Source of the DNA: an uncultured Bacteroidota bacterium
Lineage (GTDB): Bacteria > CLD3 > SB21
NCBI GenBank assembly: GCA_964478735.1
Contig: CAYZJB010000004.1
Span: 15,480 to 79,479 of the forward strand
Direction: 5' to 3'
DNA length: 64,000 nt
In this document: piece after piece, positions 9,602 to 20,800 of the stretch
Layout: each line of letters starts with the position of its first letter
Position numbering within the stretch: the stretch's first letter is position 1
The notes under the pieces: model-generated
Databases searched by the model: none
Told to the model about the DNA's origin: nothing
Seen by the model: only the letters and a program-made list of their open reading frames with translations
Position numbers and translations under genes: made by a program

Positions 9602-12514
9602 ATGCGACATGTTACCAAACGCCTGCGAATGGCGCTGGTCATGGCCTGTTTTGTGCCGCAGTTGGTTCTGGCCGGCACGAACGGCAAAATAACCGGTCTT
9701 GTCAAAGACAAGGAAACCGGCGACGCCCTTCCGGGCGTGAACATCATTCTCGAAGGTACCACGATGGGCGCCGCGACGAATGCATCCGGAGAGTTTTTGA
9801 TCATCAATGTGCCGGCCGGTGTGTACACCGTGTCGACCAGCATGATCGGGTACTCGAAAGTGACGAAGCAAAATGTCCGCGTACTGCCGGACTTTACGAC
9901 GCGTTTGGACTTCGACTTGAGCGCGGCGGATCTGGGCGGCCAGGAAGTCGTCATCGTCGCGGAACGGCCCCTGATCCAGAAGGACCAAACGATGACCATG
10001 AGCGTCACGTCGTCCGATGAAATCAAAAATCTGCCGGTTCGCGGCTTCGCCAACGTGGCGACGCTGGGCGTTGGTATAACGATCGGCAACCTGAGATCGG
10101 TCGACGGCGGATTTGATAACATCAACGTCCGCGGCGGTCGTCCCAGTGAAACGGGCGTGATTGTTGACGGATTTTTGCAGAATAATCTATTGACGGGCGT
10201 TTCAACGGCTCAACTTCCCAGCGGTTCAGTCGAAGAACTGGTCGTCATCACCGGTGGATTCGATGCCGAGTTCGGACGCAATCAGTCCGGCATCATTCAA
10301 GTTACCTCCAAGGCGGGCGGACAGAGGTATTCGGGGTTTGCTGAATACGTCAATGATCGTCCGATGTTCGCTTTGAACAAAGACCATTATTTCGGATATG
10401 ACGTTTACAGCGCGGGTATCGGCGGTCCGTTGATCCCGGGAAATAATAACATACGGTTCTTCATTTCCGGCGAAGCCAAAGACATCACGGATGCCGATCC
10501 CAGTGTAACCGGATTCCCGGTCTATTCCCTGTCCGATGCAGGCACCCGTGGAGCCGCGGGAGAGTTGGACACGCTGATCTTCGAAACCACGTCGGATCCG
10601 ACCAAGGTCAAATTTGATAAAGGCGCTCGGCCAAAAAATTCCACCGGCTACGGCGTCAACAGTGATCGGGGCATCGCCCTGCAATCGAAACTGACTTACC
10701 AGGCGACTCCTTCACTGCGTTTTGACCTGAGCGGTAATTACACCAAAAACTGGCGGCGATTGTTTACTACGGATCAGACGGTCTCGTTGGATCTTGTCCA
10801 ACGCCGTCCACTGGAAAACATCAATGTTGGTATGATCGCGACGTACACACTGAACGAACGAAGTTTCTTTGACGTCGGCGCCAATTACTTCAAAAACAAG
10901 AGACGGATCTTGCATGACGTGTATGGATTCGATCCCAACACGTATATCGGGAAAGGAACGGGCACGACGGGATTCACGACCTATTACAATGACAATATCT
11001 TTAACGATATCGGATCCAGTGATCGAAACTTCCGCGAAGATCGCGACCAGTACTGGGCCGTGAAAGCGAATTACGTCAACCAGATTGACAAGCATAACCA
11101 GTTGAAAGCCGGTTTCGATTACTTCCGTCATGAAGTACGTTTCCTGAATATTCTTGATAACGACAATCCTTCCACGGGTTCGAACGACAATGTCGGATTC
11201 ATCGTCGATGAGAACAACAATCTGAAGGAAAACAATAAAGACGATCTGGATAATCGCCTGATCGGTCCGGCCAATCCGGTGTCGTTTGCTACGTACCTGC
11301 AGGATAAGTTGGAATACGAAGGATTGGTCGTTCGTGCAGGTTTAAGATATGATCTGTTCAATCCCGGGATCAAGCGGATCAAGAATCTGGCCGATCCTAC
11401 CGGACAAACGGATCCCGATCAAATTGGGGTTGTCGTGGGCGGCCGGAACCTTGCGGGATCTTTAGGTTCCGAGGATTATAAAGACGGCAAGACCCAGCAC
11501 AAGTTCAGTCCGCGATTCAGCGTGAGTTTCCCCGTTTCTGAGCGGACACAATTCCGAATGAGCTACGGCAAGTTCTTCCAGCAGCCCGATCTGCAGAACC
11601 TGTATGTCAGTCCGGACTTCCTAAGCCGGCAGTCGATTGCTCCTCCGTTTGCGACGGTGGTCGGCAATACCAATCTGGAGCCGGAACAAAGCACCCAGTA
11701 TGAAGTCGGCTTACGCCGTGCCATTTCCGATCATTTTGCCATCGATCTGAGCGCCTATTACAAGGACATCCAGGGTCTGACACAGGCCAACCTGGTCAAC
11801 TCGGTGCCCAATGCGTTGATCATGACGACCAACGACGACGAAGGTATTATTCAGGGCGTTACGATGGCGATGGATCTGCGGCGTGTCGGTAAGTTCCAGG
11901 GACGTGTGGCGTATACTCTCCAGTCCGCACGTGGAACCGGTTCCGGACAGGCGACGAATTTCCGTTCGGCCTGGCTCGGATTCCAGAGCGTCAAGCTTAG
12001 CGCACCGTTGAATTTCGATCAAACGCACACGATCAATGCGAATCTCGATATTCGGAATGCCAAAGGAGAAGGACCGGCGATCGGCGGATCTCGCCTTCTC
12101 GAAGAAGCGGGCTTGAACATACAGCTGAACACCGCGAGCGGCTTGCCGTATACGCCGTTTTCGATCGTTGCTTTCCAGACCCGAGGTGTTCCTCAGGGAC
12201 GGACGATAGGACGCCGGAACAGCCAGCGCCAGCCGTGGACGGTCCGTATCGATTTGAAAGCCGACAAGACCATCCATTTCAGCGAACGGTTCAATACGAA
12301 TATCTACGTTCAGGTGCTCAATGTGCTGAATCGCAAGAACGTGATCGCAGTTTATCCGTCTACCGGACGTGCGGATGACAATGGATTCCTGTCGACGGCT
12401 GCGGGTCAGGCACTGAGCGATCGTCAGAAACAGCAGTATGACGTCATCTACAATAACGGCTTGTTCTATGACACGCCGATGCAGGCGCGGCTTGGCGTCC
12501 TGTTTAATTTCTAA
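9602..12514 (+). CDS. TonB-dependent receptor with N-terminal carboxypeptidase-regulatory-like domain (Oar/SusC-type architecture)
   Basis: AAGGAGGA SD before ATG 9602; signal peptide; GxVxDxxTGxxLPGVNIIL...YSK CarbopepD_reg motif; plug region (NLPVRGF...NVRGG); long beta-barrel ending in aromatic (LFNF). Confidence 0.8.
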   Translation: MRHVTKRLRMALVMACFVPQLVLAGTNGKITGLVKDKETGDALPGVNIILEGTTMGAATNASGEFLIINVPAGVYTVSTSMIGYSKVTKQNVRVLPDFTTRLDFDLSAADLGGQEVVIVAERPLIQKDQTMTMSVTSSDEIKNLPVRGFANVATLGVGITIGNLRSVDGGFDNINVRGGRPSETGVIVDGFLQNNLLTGVSTAQLPSGSVEELVVITGGFDAEFGRNQSGIIQVTSKAGGQRYSGFAEYVNDRPMFALNKDHYFGYDVYSAGIGGPLIPGNNNIRFFISGEAKDITDADPSVTGFPVYSLSDAGTRGAAGELDTLIFETTSDPTKVKFDKGARPKNSTGYGVNSDRGIALQSKLTYQATPSLRFDLSGNYTKNWRRLFTTDQTVSLDLVQRRPLENINVGMIATYTLNERSFFDVGANYFKNKRRILHDVYGFDPNTYIGKGTGTTGFTTYYNDNIFNDIGSSDRNFREDRDQYWAVKANYVNQIDKHNQLKAGFDYFRHEVRFLNILDNDNPSTGSNDNVGFIVDENNNLKENNKDDLDNRLIGPANPVSFATYLQDKLEYEGLVVRAGLRYDLFNPGIKRIKNLADPTGQTDPDQIGVVVGGRNLAGSLGSEDYKDGKTQHKFSPRFSVSFPVSERTQFRMSYGKFFQQPDLQNLYVSPDFLSRQSIAPPFATVVGNTNLEPEQSTQYEVGLRRAISDHFAIDLSAYYKDIQGLTQANLVNSVPNALIMTTNDDEGIIQGVTMAMDLRRVGKFQGRVAYTLQSARGTGSGQATNFRSAWLGFQSVKLSAPLNFDQTHTINANLDIRNAKGEGPAIGGSRLLEEAGLNIQLNTASGLPYTPFSIVAFQTRGVPQGRTIGRRNSQRQPWTVRIDLKADKTIHFSERFNTNIYVQVLNVLNRKNVIAVYPSTGRADDNGFLSTAAGQALSDRQKQQYDVIYNNGLFYDTPMQARLGVLFNF

Positions 12515-12544
12515 TCGTACGGATCAATACTGGAGAATTTTGAC

Positions 12545-15500
12545 ATGAATAAAATCAAAAATACGCTGATCGTGGGCGCCCTTATCGGTGCTCTCGTATT
12601 CGCGTTCAGTGACTGGTCGACGGCGCGTGTAGACAAAAATACACGTCTCCGTGCCAAACTTCGCAAGGCGGACATCGTCGACATTGTCAATGTCGGGTAC
12701 AACAACTGGAATTACATCATGCGTAACCAGGGGTCCTATTTTTACGATGCTCCGAACGGAAACCCCGGGGGTGAATTCCCCCGGGGCTCCGGCAATACCA
12801 TCGTGTTTGCCGCCGGTGTGTATGTCGGAACGTTGAAAGACGGTGTACCCGTGGTCAGCGAAACGGAATTTGCTACCGAATTTCAACCTGGCCGTATTTC
12901 AAATTCCGATGTGCCTTTTGACGAATTGGAAGCCGAAGATCCGACTCGTGCCGATTTGCAAGTCTACCTGATCGATCGGTCTGCGTCCGGTTCGGATTAT
13001 GCCAACTGGCCGAGTGATGCGCCCAAAAATAGTTTGGGTCAACCTGCTCTAATTGCCGATGCCCAGACGTGGGCGGTATTCAACGATCTGGACATAACGC
13101 TGAGTCAGGAAGGGACGAGCATCAGTCCCGATCCGGGTTTGGGTCTGGAAATCGTTTTGGAATCCTTTGCTTTCAATGCCGGACCTCTGAGCAATGTTGT
13201 CTATTGTAAGTTTACGATCAAGAACGAGACGAATACCGATTATTCGGATTCGTATCTGGGTATGTGGATGGACGCCGATGTCGATGCGAATAATTCTACA
13301 AATGATATCGTCGGTATCGATACGGTACGGGGTTTGGGTTTTGTCTATAATTCGGACAATTCAGATTTTCCGGGTGCTGCCGGGTTTGACTTCTTACAGG
13401 GCCCGGTCGTCGATACGACCACCGTTGCTTCCAGTCTGGTTAACAAGTTCCGAAACAACAAAGTGACGCTGGTTTATGATCCTGCAGAGAACCGGTATAT
13501 TCCGACGACGTTGCCGGGGAATCAGATCTGGCTTGGCGCGACGGCTTTCAATACGTATGCAAATGGTACCGATCCGCAGAATAACGAAGAGCGGTACAAC
13601 CTGCTGGCCGGGCGTTTTACCGATGGAAATCCCAAAACCGGTACCGGCGCCTGCGACTATTACGCGTTTCGCGGCGATCCGATTACCCAACAGGGGAGTC
13701 CGGACGTCGGAGCCCCTCCGGGATCCGATCAGCGAATTTTGCACTGCGTCGGACCTTTTGTGATCGATGCCGGGTCGTCGCAGGAGGTATGGGTTGGAGT
13801 TGTCGGAGCGCAAGGAACGGATCGCCTGGATGCCATTCGGGTACTGCGCAATACGGATGATCAAGCTCAAATTACATTCGAAGCGGGTTTAATCGCGCCA
13901 GCTCCTCCCAATGTACCACAGATCAATGTTACAGGACTGGATGGCGCCGTGGCCATCACTTGGCAGAACAATGCGGAATATTCCGAAGATATCGCAGGTG
14001 AGATTCTGGAAATTGACCAGGCGCATGGCTATACCGCCGATTACAGAAAAAACGATTTCCAGGGATATCGTGTTTGGAAAAGCCGGACTGGAATTGTAGG
14101 CAGCTACACGGTACTTGCGGAATTCGATCTGGCGGATGGGATCACAACAGTGATCAATCAGGTCATCAATACGGCTGGAAATTTGGAGATTCGTGAAGAG
14201 CGTCTGGGAGATGACGTGGGTCTTCGCTATTCCTTCATTGATAACGATGTGGTGAACGGACAGGCCTACTTTTACTCCGTTACGGCTTATGATGCCCAAC
14301 CTTATATCGCGGGTCCCGGCGTATTCAGTCTTGGAACGACACAGACATTGATAAAGGGCGAAGCGACCGGTATCATTCTTTCCGATACCGAGCCGGTTGC
14401 GATTTGGGATCAAGGGGATATCTATCTTGACTCACTCGCGATGGTGAGCGATGCCACTTATGGTTCAAACGGTGGAACGCTTATCGGTGATACCGTTTAT
14501 GTTGAAGTCGATACACATACCGTCGGTAGCACGCCTCAACTGGCCATCCACGCCTTTGTTGCCACATCGGTCGAGCGAGAAGAGTTCAATTTCGATTTCA
14601 ACAGTCTTGCACCGGCATTCCGTGTGGAGGGAATCGAATCGCCGGATGACGTGTCGCTCGGGGATGGAGTTTCGACAAATGTGACATTCGGTTTCAGCGA
14701 CGGGCATGACGAAGCCAATATCTTCCGGCTTAAGGTCGTGGATATACAACAATACGATGGCTCGATTCCTGCACCTTCAGGACTTCCGATTTCGTTGGAA
14801 ACATCGCCGACGGCCAATGTAGTGTCCGTCATACCGATGAGTGCTCTGATTGGTCAGAATTTTGACGCCTCGGTGTCTGATGTTGTCCATACCGGGCCCA
14901 GCGACGGAGCGATAACAGTGGAAATTATCGATCCGACAAAAGTTCGAAGTGTAGACTACTCGCTGAGCTTTTTCACTATTCCGACGGACTGTACGGGGGC
15001 CCCGCTCCGGGGTGATGACTTCCTTCCGGCCAATGGAATTGCATATCGTATTCAGGTTGGTTCCAGCATTCTTACTCTCGACTCTCGTACGGACGATCCG
15101 AGAACCTATTATGATGTCAATGGAAACGATACGTTCAACGTTGGAATCGATGTTCGTCTCGATGACTCTAAGTTTGGAGTCGATCAGGCGGTTGTTGGCA
15201 TAACCGCTACTGAACAACCGGTCATCGTCGATGGAATGAAAATTACGGTTTTTGGACCCTCCAATGACGTGAAATTCTTCCAACTCATTGCAACGGCGGC
15301 AGGTACGCTGGCCGTTCCCGATATGGCTGCGTTCGCTTTCAATGGAAGCGGGTTCCCAACGATTGACGGTGGTGCGGCCGGAAATGATTATACGGCTCTT
15401 GGTGCGGGTGCTTTGAATGATCGACCCAACGTTCCGAATCTATTGACCACTGTAGCAGCCGCATCTGCCGCCAACGGTGGCAAATGGGGATTCCAAACGG

Positions 15501-16519
15501 GCGAAGTTGGTGGAGGGTTTACTTTCACCTTTTTTAAGAGCCGTGTTTTCAGAAACGATAACTTCAATCGGTTCGTTCCATCTGATTTTGAGATGCGATT
15601 TACGGCAGCGGGTGGACAAGGAGACTGGATATTTGACGGACTGGGGCAAGCTGCTGTTCCATTTGAACTGTGGAACATCGGTGTGAATACCCCAAATGAT
15701 CCATCCGATGATTATCGGATGTATCCTCGCGTTCTGAATTCAACCGTTGTACCTTCGGCGGTTTATGATATCAGTACCATCGATCACACGATTTCAGGTG
15801 GTGACAACGATCCCGAAATGGATTGGGTGTATTGGATGAACCCCGATGATCGCTCGCCCGGTCAGACCGGTTATAATGCTTCCGTTGCAGCCAACGGCGA
15901 GGCCTTACAGGCACCCAATGGTGAGGTCATGGCGCGGACCACTTTGATCAATTTCAATGGCGGCAGCGTCTCGGATGGATCATTCCCAGCAAATGTCAAT
16001 CAGGTTATTCCGGCAACGGGAACGGTATTCCGTATTATCAGTACGAAACCGAATACCGTGTTCGATTCTTATGCTTTCTCGGGAACGGCGAGGACAACGT
16101 CAGCGTCTAAAGCCCAGATGAAGGCATCTCTGAAAGACATCCGTGCCGTTCCGAATCCCTACTACGGTCAGTCGTTGTATCAGACGCAGGGACTCTTCGG
16201 CAAAGTGTTGAAGTTCACGCATCTGCCGGGTAGCTGTACCATCAAGATCTTCAACGTTGCAGGTGACCTGGTGACGACACTGGTGCATAACGCGTCGTCG
16301 ACGAATGGACGGTTGAATACCAACCCGCTCGATATCAATGCGACGGCGGCTCCAAAGGAAACCTCGGAAGAGTGGTGGGATTTGACGAATGCCGACGGCA
16401 AGTTCGTCGCGAGCGGCATGTATATCGCATTGATCGACGTTCCCGGCGTGGGTAAGAAAACGGTGAAGTTTGCCGTGATTCAGGAAGCGAACATCACCAA
16501 CGGACCGGAAATTCGATAA
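12545..16519 (+). CDS. very large secreted protein (1324 aa) with T9SS-type C-terminal sorting domain; catalytic domain not recognised
   Basis: signal peptide; C-terminal ~90 aa VPNPYYGQSLYQT...KIFNVAGDLVTTLV...SGMYIALIDVPGVGKKTVKFAVI resembles T9SS CTD; GGAG SD. Confidence 0.7.
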   Translation: MNKIKNTLIVGALIGALVFAFSDWSTARVDKNTRLRAKLRKADIVDIVNVGYNNWNYIMRNQGSYFYDAPNGNPGGEFPRGSGNTIVFAAGVYVGTLKDGVPVVSETEFATEFQPGRISNSDVPFDELEAEDPTRADLQVYLIDRSASGSDYANWPSDAPKNSLGQPALIADAQTWAVFNDLDITLSQEGTSISPDPGLGLEIVLESFAFNAGPLSNVVYCKFTIKNETNTDYSDSYLGMWMDADVDANNSTNDIVGIDTVRGLGFVYNSDNSDFPGAAGFDFLQGPVVDTTTVASSLVNKFRNNKVTLVYDPAENRYIPTTLPGNQIWLGATAFNTYANGTDPQNNEERYNLLAGRFTDGNPKTGTGACDYYAFRGDPITQQGSPDVGAPPGSDQRILHCVGPFVIDAGSSQEVWVGVVGAQGTDRLDAIRVLRNTDDQAQITFEAGLIAPAPPNVPQINVTGLDGAVAITWQNNAEYSEDIAGEILEIDQAHGYTADYRKNDFQGYRVWKSRTGIVGSYTVLAEFDLADGITTVINQVINTAGNLEIREERLGDDVGLRYSFIDNDVVNGQAYFYSVTAYDAQPYIAGPGVFSLGTTQTLIKGEATGIILSDTEPVAIWDQGDIYLDSLAMVSDATYGSNGGTLIGDTVYVEVDTHTVGSTPQLAIHAFVATSVEREEFNFDFNSLAPAFRVEGIESPDDVSLGDGVSTNVTFGFSDGHDEANIFRLKVVDIQQYDGSIPAPSGLPISLETSPTANVVSVIPMSALIGQNFDASVSDVVHTGPSDGAITVEIIDPTKVRSVDYSLSFFTIPTDCTGAPLRGDDFLPANGIAYRIQVGSSILTLDSRTDDPRTYYDVNGNDTFNVGIDVRLDDSKFGVDQAVVGITATEQPVIVDGMKITVFGPSNDVKFFQLIATAAGTLAVPDMAAFAFNGSGFPTIDGGAAGNDYTALGAGALNDRPNVPNLLTTVAAASAANGGKWGFQTGEVGGGFTFTFFKSRVFRNDNFNRFVPSDFEMRFTAAGGQGDWIFDGLGQAAVPFELWNIGVNTPNDPSDDYRMYPRVLNSTVVPSAVYDISTIDHTISGGDNDPEMDWVYWMNPDDRSPGQTGYNASVAANGEALQAPNGEVMARTTLINFNGGSVSDGSFPANVNQVIPATGTVFRIISTKPNTVFDSYAFSGTARTTSASKAQMKASLKDIRAVPNPYYGQSLYQTQGLFGKVLKFTHLPGSCTIKIFNVAGDLVTTLVHNASSTNGRLNTNPLDINATAAPKETSEEWWDLTNADGKFVASGMYIALIDVPGVGKKTVKFAVIQEANITNGPEIR

Positions 16520-16575
16520 CGAAGAACTCGGCGGGGACGTCATGAGGCGTTCCCGTCAAACTGGAGAATTGTCAC

Positions 16576-17616
16576 ATGAATAAAATATCCAAAGTGCTCG
16601 TTGGGCTAGCCATGCTGGCAGCGAGCGTAAGCGCCGGAGAGGAAAAGCGAGGTGAAGCGGGATTTGCTTTCCTACGGGTTCCCATCGGCGCCCGTGAAAC
16701 CGCCCTCGGTACGACCGGATTGACGCATGCGTCCGGAGCCAATGCATTGTACTGGAATCCGGCAAATGCGGCGGGTCTGGATCGTCCGTCGGTATCGGTG
16801 TCTTATTTGAATCACTTTGCCGGAATCAGTTCGAATTACTTTGCGGCCACGGTTCCGATGAGCGACGTCGGGACGTTCGGTTTCAGCCTTAACTATCTCA
16901 GCTATGGCGATATCGAACGTACGACAGAGGCCAGTCCGGATGGTAATCTCGGTTCGTACTCTCCGTTTGAGATTGCGGTCGGCTTCAGCTACGCCAAACA
17001 GATTACCGATCGTGTCAGCGGCGGTTTGACCGTGAAGTTCGTCTCGTCCAAGATCGATGCGGTCCAGGCGTCGGGTGTGGCGTTCGATTTCGGCTTCAGT
17101 TACAACACCGGTTTCCGCGGTTTGAAGCTCGGTTTTGTCGCGAGCAACATCGGTCCACAGGCGAAATATGACGGCGACGGTTTGTTGCGTCAGGTCAGTT
17201 TGCCCAATCCAAACGCGACCGGTGCGGGATCTCAAGGATTCCTTCAGTTCGAGTCGGAACCGTTCGAACTCCCGGCCTCGGTCAATTTCGGCGCAACGAT
17301 GGATCTGTACCGGAACGAACAGAATTCCGTTTCGGGTATTCTCGAGCAAAACATCAACAGTTTTGCCGTCAGCCGGACCAATCTGGGCCTGGAATACGGA
17401 TTCAAGAACATGTTCTTCGCCCGCGGCGGTTACACCAGCGCGTTGAAGCGTGACCGCGACTACAGGACGGGGAAGGCGTCGATGGCGGGATTAACCCTGG
17501 GCGCCGGGGTCGATTACAAATTCAATGATGCCTTCGGTGTGACCATCGATTACGGTTGGATGGATCTCGGTGAACTGAACGCGACGCACCGGTTCACGAT
17601 CGGTGTGAAGTTCTGA
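16576..17616 (+). CDS. PorV/PorQ-family-like outer membrane beta-barrel (T9SS cargo shuttle-like)
   Basis: signal peptide; N-terminal GARETALGTTG...ALYWNPANAAGL resembles GARAxAMGGA...WNPAGLA motif of PorV/FadL-like family; alternating beta-strand pattern; C-terminal F. Confidence 0.55.
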   Translation: MNKISKVLVGLAMLAASVSAGEEKRGEAGFAFLRVPIGARETALGTTGLTHASGANALYWNPANAAGLDRPSVSVSYLNHFAGISSNYFAATVPMSDVGTFGFSLNYLSYGDIERTTEASPDGNLGSYSPFEIAVGFSYAKQITDRVSGGLTVKFVSSKIDAVQASGVAFDFGFSYNTGFRGLKLGFVASNIGPQAKYDGDGLLRQVSLPNPNATGAGSQGFLQFESEPFELPASVNFGATMDLYRNEQNSVSGILEQNINSFAVSRTNLGLEYGFKNMFFARGGYTSALKRDRDYRTGKASMAGLTLGAGVDYKFNDAFGVTIDYGWMDLGELNATHRFTIGVKF

Positions 17617-17637
17617 TCTCCTTTCTCTGTGTGATTG

Positions 17638-17674
17638 AAGGCCGCCCGTGCGCTCTGCAGGGCGGCCTTTTTTA
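17638..17674 (+). terminator. rho-independent terminator
   Basis: AAGGCCGCCC-gtgcgctctgca-GGGCGGCCTT + TTTTTA after porV-like gene. Confidence 0.7.
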
Positions 17675-17854
17675 TTCCTCAGCGTATTTAGGTATGATCT
17701 CTCGCAAAGGGCGCAAAGCAGGCTAGGCTGTGGCTAAAAGTATTTGAGAATATCCTTGCGTGCTTTGCGAGAGTCATTTTTTTTGAAATGAGAAGAAAAA
17801 CCTACCCGTCCATCTTTCCGCTTCGTAAATTCTCCGCCTGAAACGATATCTGGT

Positions 17855-20800
17855 TTGTATAATTTTGCCATGATCATATTGCTATATATCCGCCATCTGG
17901 TCGTTTTGATGCTCTTTGTGTCAGTGATTTACGGGCAAACGATCACGGTGACAAGTTCCGCCGACAGCGGCCCGGGTACCCTGCGGGACGCCATTCAGCT
18001 GGCCAATGGAAGCCTGACGGTCGATACCATTCGATTTGATACGCTCTCGATGGGTTCAGCGGTTATTTCAATCACTACGGCCCTTCCGATACTGACGGAC
18101 GATTCGATTGTGATTGCGGGTCCGGTTTGGCCTGGCGGTGAACCGGCCGTCACGATTGACGGTGGCGCGCTGACGTCAGGAGAAAATACGATCACGATTT
18201 CAGGTTCGTTCTGTGAGGTTCAGTCCCTGACGCTGATCAACAATCAATCGACGGGTGCGGCGGTTGAAATCACGGGCGGCGTTTCCAATCGTGTGACGGG
18301 AAACACCATCGGACTCGACCGGATCGGACAGAATGCAATGCCCAATAGTGTCGGAGTCCTGATCACCGGAGGACAAGCCCACCGGATCGGCGATTCGTCG
18401 GCCGCCGGAGGGAATATTATTTCCGGTAACCTCGAGGACGGCATCCGGATCGTAGCGTCCCACGACAACGTCGTTTTGAACAATCGGATTGGCGTCAACC
18501 GTTTCGGAACTGCGGCCGGAAACGCCTCTTCAGGGATCCTGATCAATAGCGGCTCAAAGGCAACGCGGATCGGTAGCGGCACGCCATCCGGTCGAAATAT
18601 CATTGGCGGAAACCTTACGGGTATCCGGATTGCCGATAATGGTTCCGATTCTACAGCAATCGACGGTAATTGGATTGGCGTTCATTTTTCTTCATCTGTC
18701 GCAAACGGTACGGGGATCCGCATTGAAAACGGCGCCTCATCGACCCGGATCGGCCAATGGGGAAATGTCACGCCGAATACCATTTCCGGTAATACGGGAG
18801 ATGGAATTTCAATCGTTGGAAGTCTGACGCGCGGAACCACGATTCGAGGCAATCGCATCGGAACGGATACGACAGGCTCAACGGGGATCGGAAACGCCGG
18901 ATCGGGTATTTTCATCCAGGATGCGCGCCGGTCGACGATCGGGGGAGTCGCTGTCGGCGAATCCAACGTGATCTCGGGTAACGGATTCGACGGTATCCTT
19001 TTGGACGGGACGGATTCGACATTTGTCTACGGCAATCGGATCGGTGTGGATGGGTCCGGCATGCTGGCAATTCCCAATATGAACAACGGGATCGAGCTTC
19101 AGTCGGCTGCCCGCAATACCACGATTGGCGGGCGTTCAGCGGGACAGGGGAATGTCATTTCCGGAAATGACGCCATCGGCATTCTGATCGTTGACGAAGG
19201 GACGTCGCGAGCATCGATCGTTGGAAATCTCATCGGGGTTGCGCTCGACAGTGTCGGCGACGTCGGTAACGGCGAGTCCGGCGTACATTTGAGTTTTGGC
19301 GCGTCCCGCGACTCGGTGAATTACAACCTGATCGCTTACAACGGAGTGGGCATTGCGTATGAAGACGCAACCACCGACAGCAACGTTCACTTTGCCAATT
19401 CCATTTTCCGTAACGGACAGGGAATCGATATTGCTTTAAATGCACAGGGCGATATTATTCCGCCCGCCATTGCCTACGTATCGCTGGATACGACCGTTCA
19501 TGGTACGGCCGATCCGTTTGCCTTCGTACAGATTTATGCCGATTCCGTGGATCAGGGGCGATTTTTCCTCGATACGGCGCGAGCCGATGCCGCGGGTAAC
19601 TGGTCTCGAAAAGTTCAATTGCCGGGTGGAGCTCGAGTCCTGGCCATACAGGAAGCCGGCATGAGTTCCTCGGAATTTTCAACGCCGTTTGAGCCCTTCA
19701 TTGGTCCGGTGGGAGTTTCACTTCCGACGCTCTCGTTTGGAAACGTGTTCCTCGGTCAGACCGACACACAGTCGGTCCGAATATTTTCACTTTCGGGCGA
19801 CGTGATTTTGACCGATCAGTTTCTGAGCAGCCTCGGAGAGTTTACCGTACTGACGACTTTTGCTTTCCCGGAAACACTCGCCGTCGGCGACACGCTGACC
19901 ATCGAGATTGCCTTTACACCGGCAGATTTCGGGACACGTAACAGCAGTTGGCATATCCTCAACAATTCATCGATTCCTGTGTTTGGATTGCCATTGACGG
20001 GTTACGGTCAGGCCGGCAGTCTGATCGCAATGGATACGGTCGTTTTTCCCGAAACCATCGTCGGCGATTCTTCCTCGGTGACGATCAGCGTCAAAGCTGA
20101 AGATGCTCCGGTACAATTGACCGAAGCCGTGACACAAACTCCCGTATTCAGCATCGTGTCTCAGCCGACTCTGCCGTTTACCCTTCTAAACGGTGTGGTC
20201 GACTCGGTCTTATTCGAGATAAAATACCGCCCGTCTTTAAGTACGCTGCAGGGCGATACCTTGATCATCCAGAGCAATTCACCGGCCGGCGACCGGTACG
20301 TCCTTTTGCAAGGGCACGGTTTGCCCAACCAATCGCCCGGTTCGTTTCCATTGCTCCCTCTCCCGGGCGGTTCGACAACCAACAATCGGCGCCCAACGTT
20401 TTTATGGCGTCGCTCCGTAGATGCCGACGGCGATACCGTGATCTATACGCTTCAAATCAGTACGACGGCAAACTTTGCCTCGATCACACAAAGCGTGCAA
20501 ACGCCGGATACGGTTGTTGTTCTTCCGCTCCCACTGGATACGCTGCAGAGCTACTACTGGCGCGTTTTCGCGCGCGACGATAAAAACGGCGAAACCGTGA
20601 GCAATGTCGGTTTCTTTACGGTCGATGCCGTGGCACCGCGAGGATCGTTGAGGATCCTGCCCAGCCCGATATTGCAAACGTCCGCGGCGATATACGTTTA
20701 TTCCAGCGAACCTCTGGAAAGTGCATCGACGAGGATCAGGTTTTGGGACGTCGAACAACAACTTCTCGACAGTATCAATGTTCAATTGACGGAAATCCAA

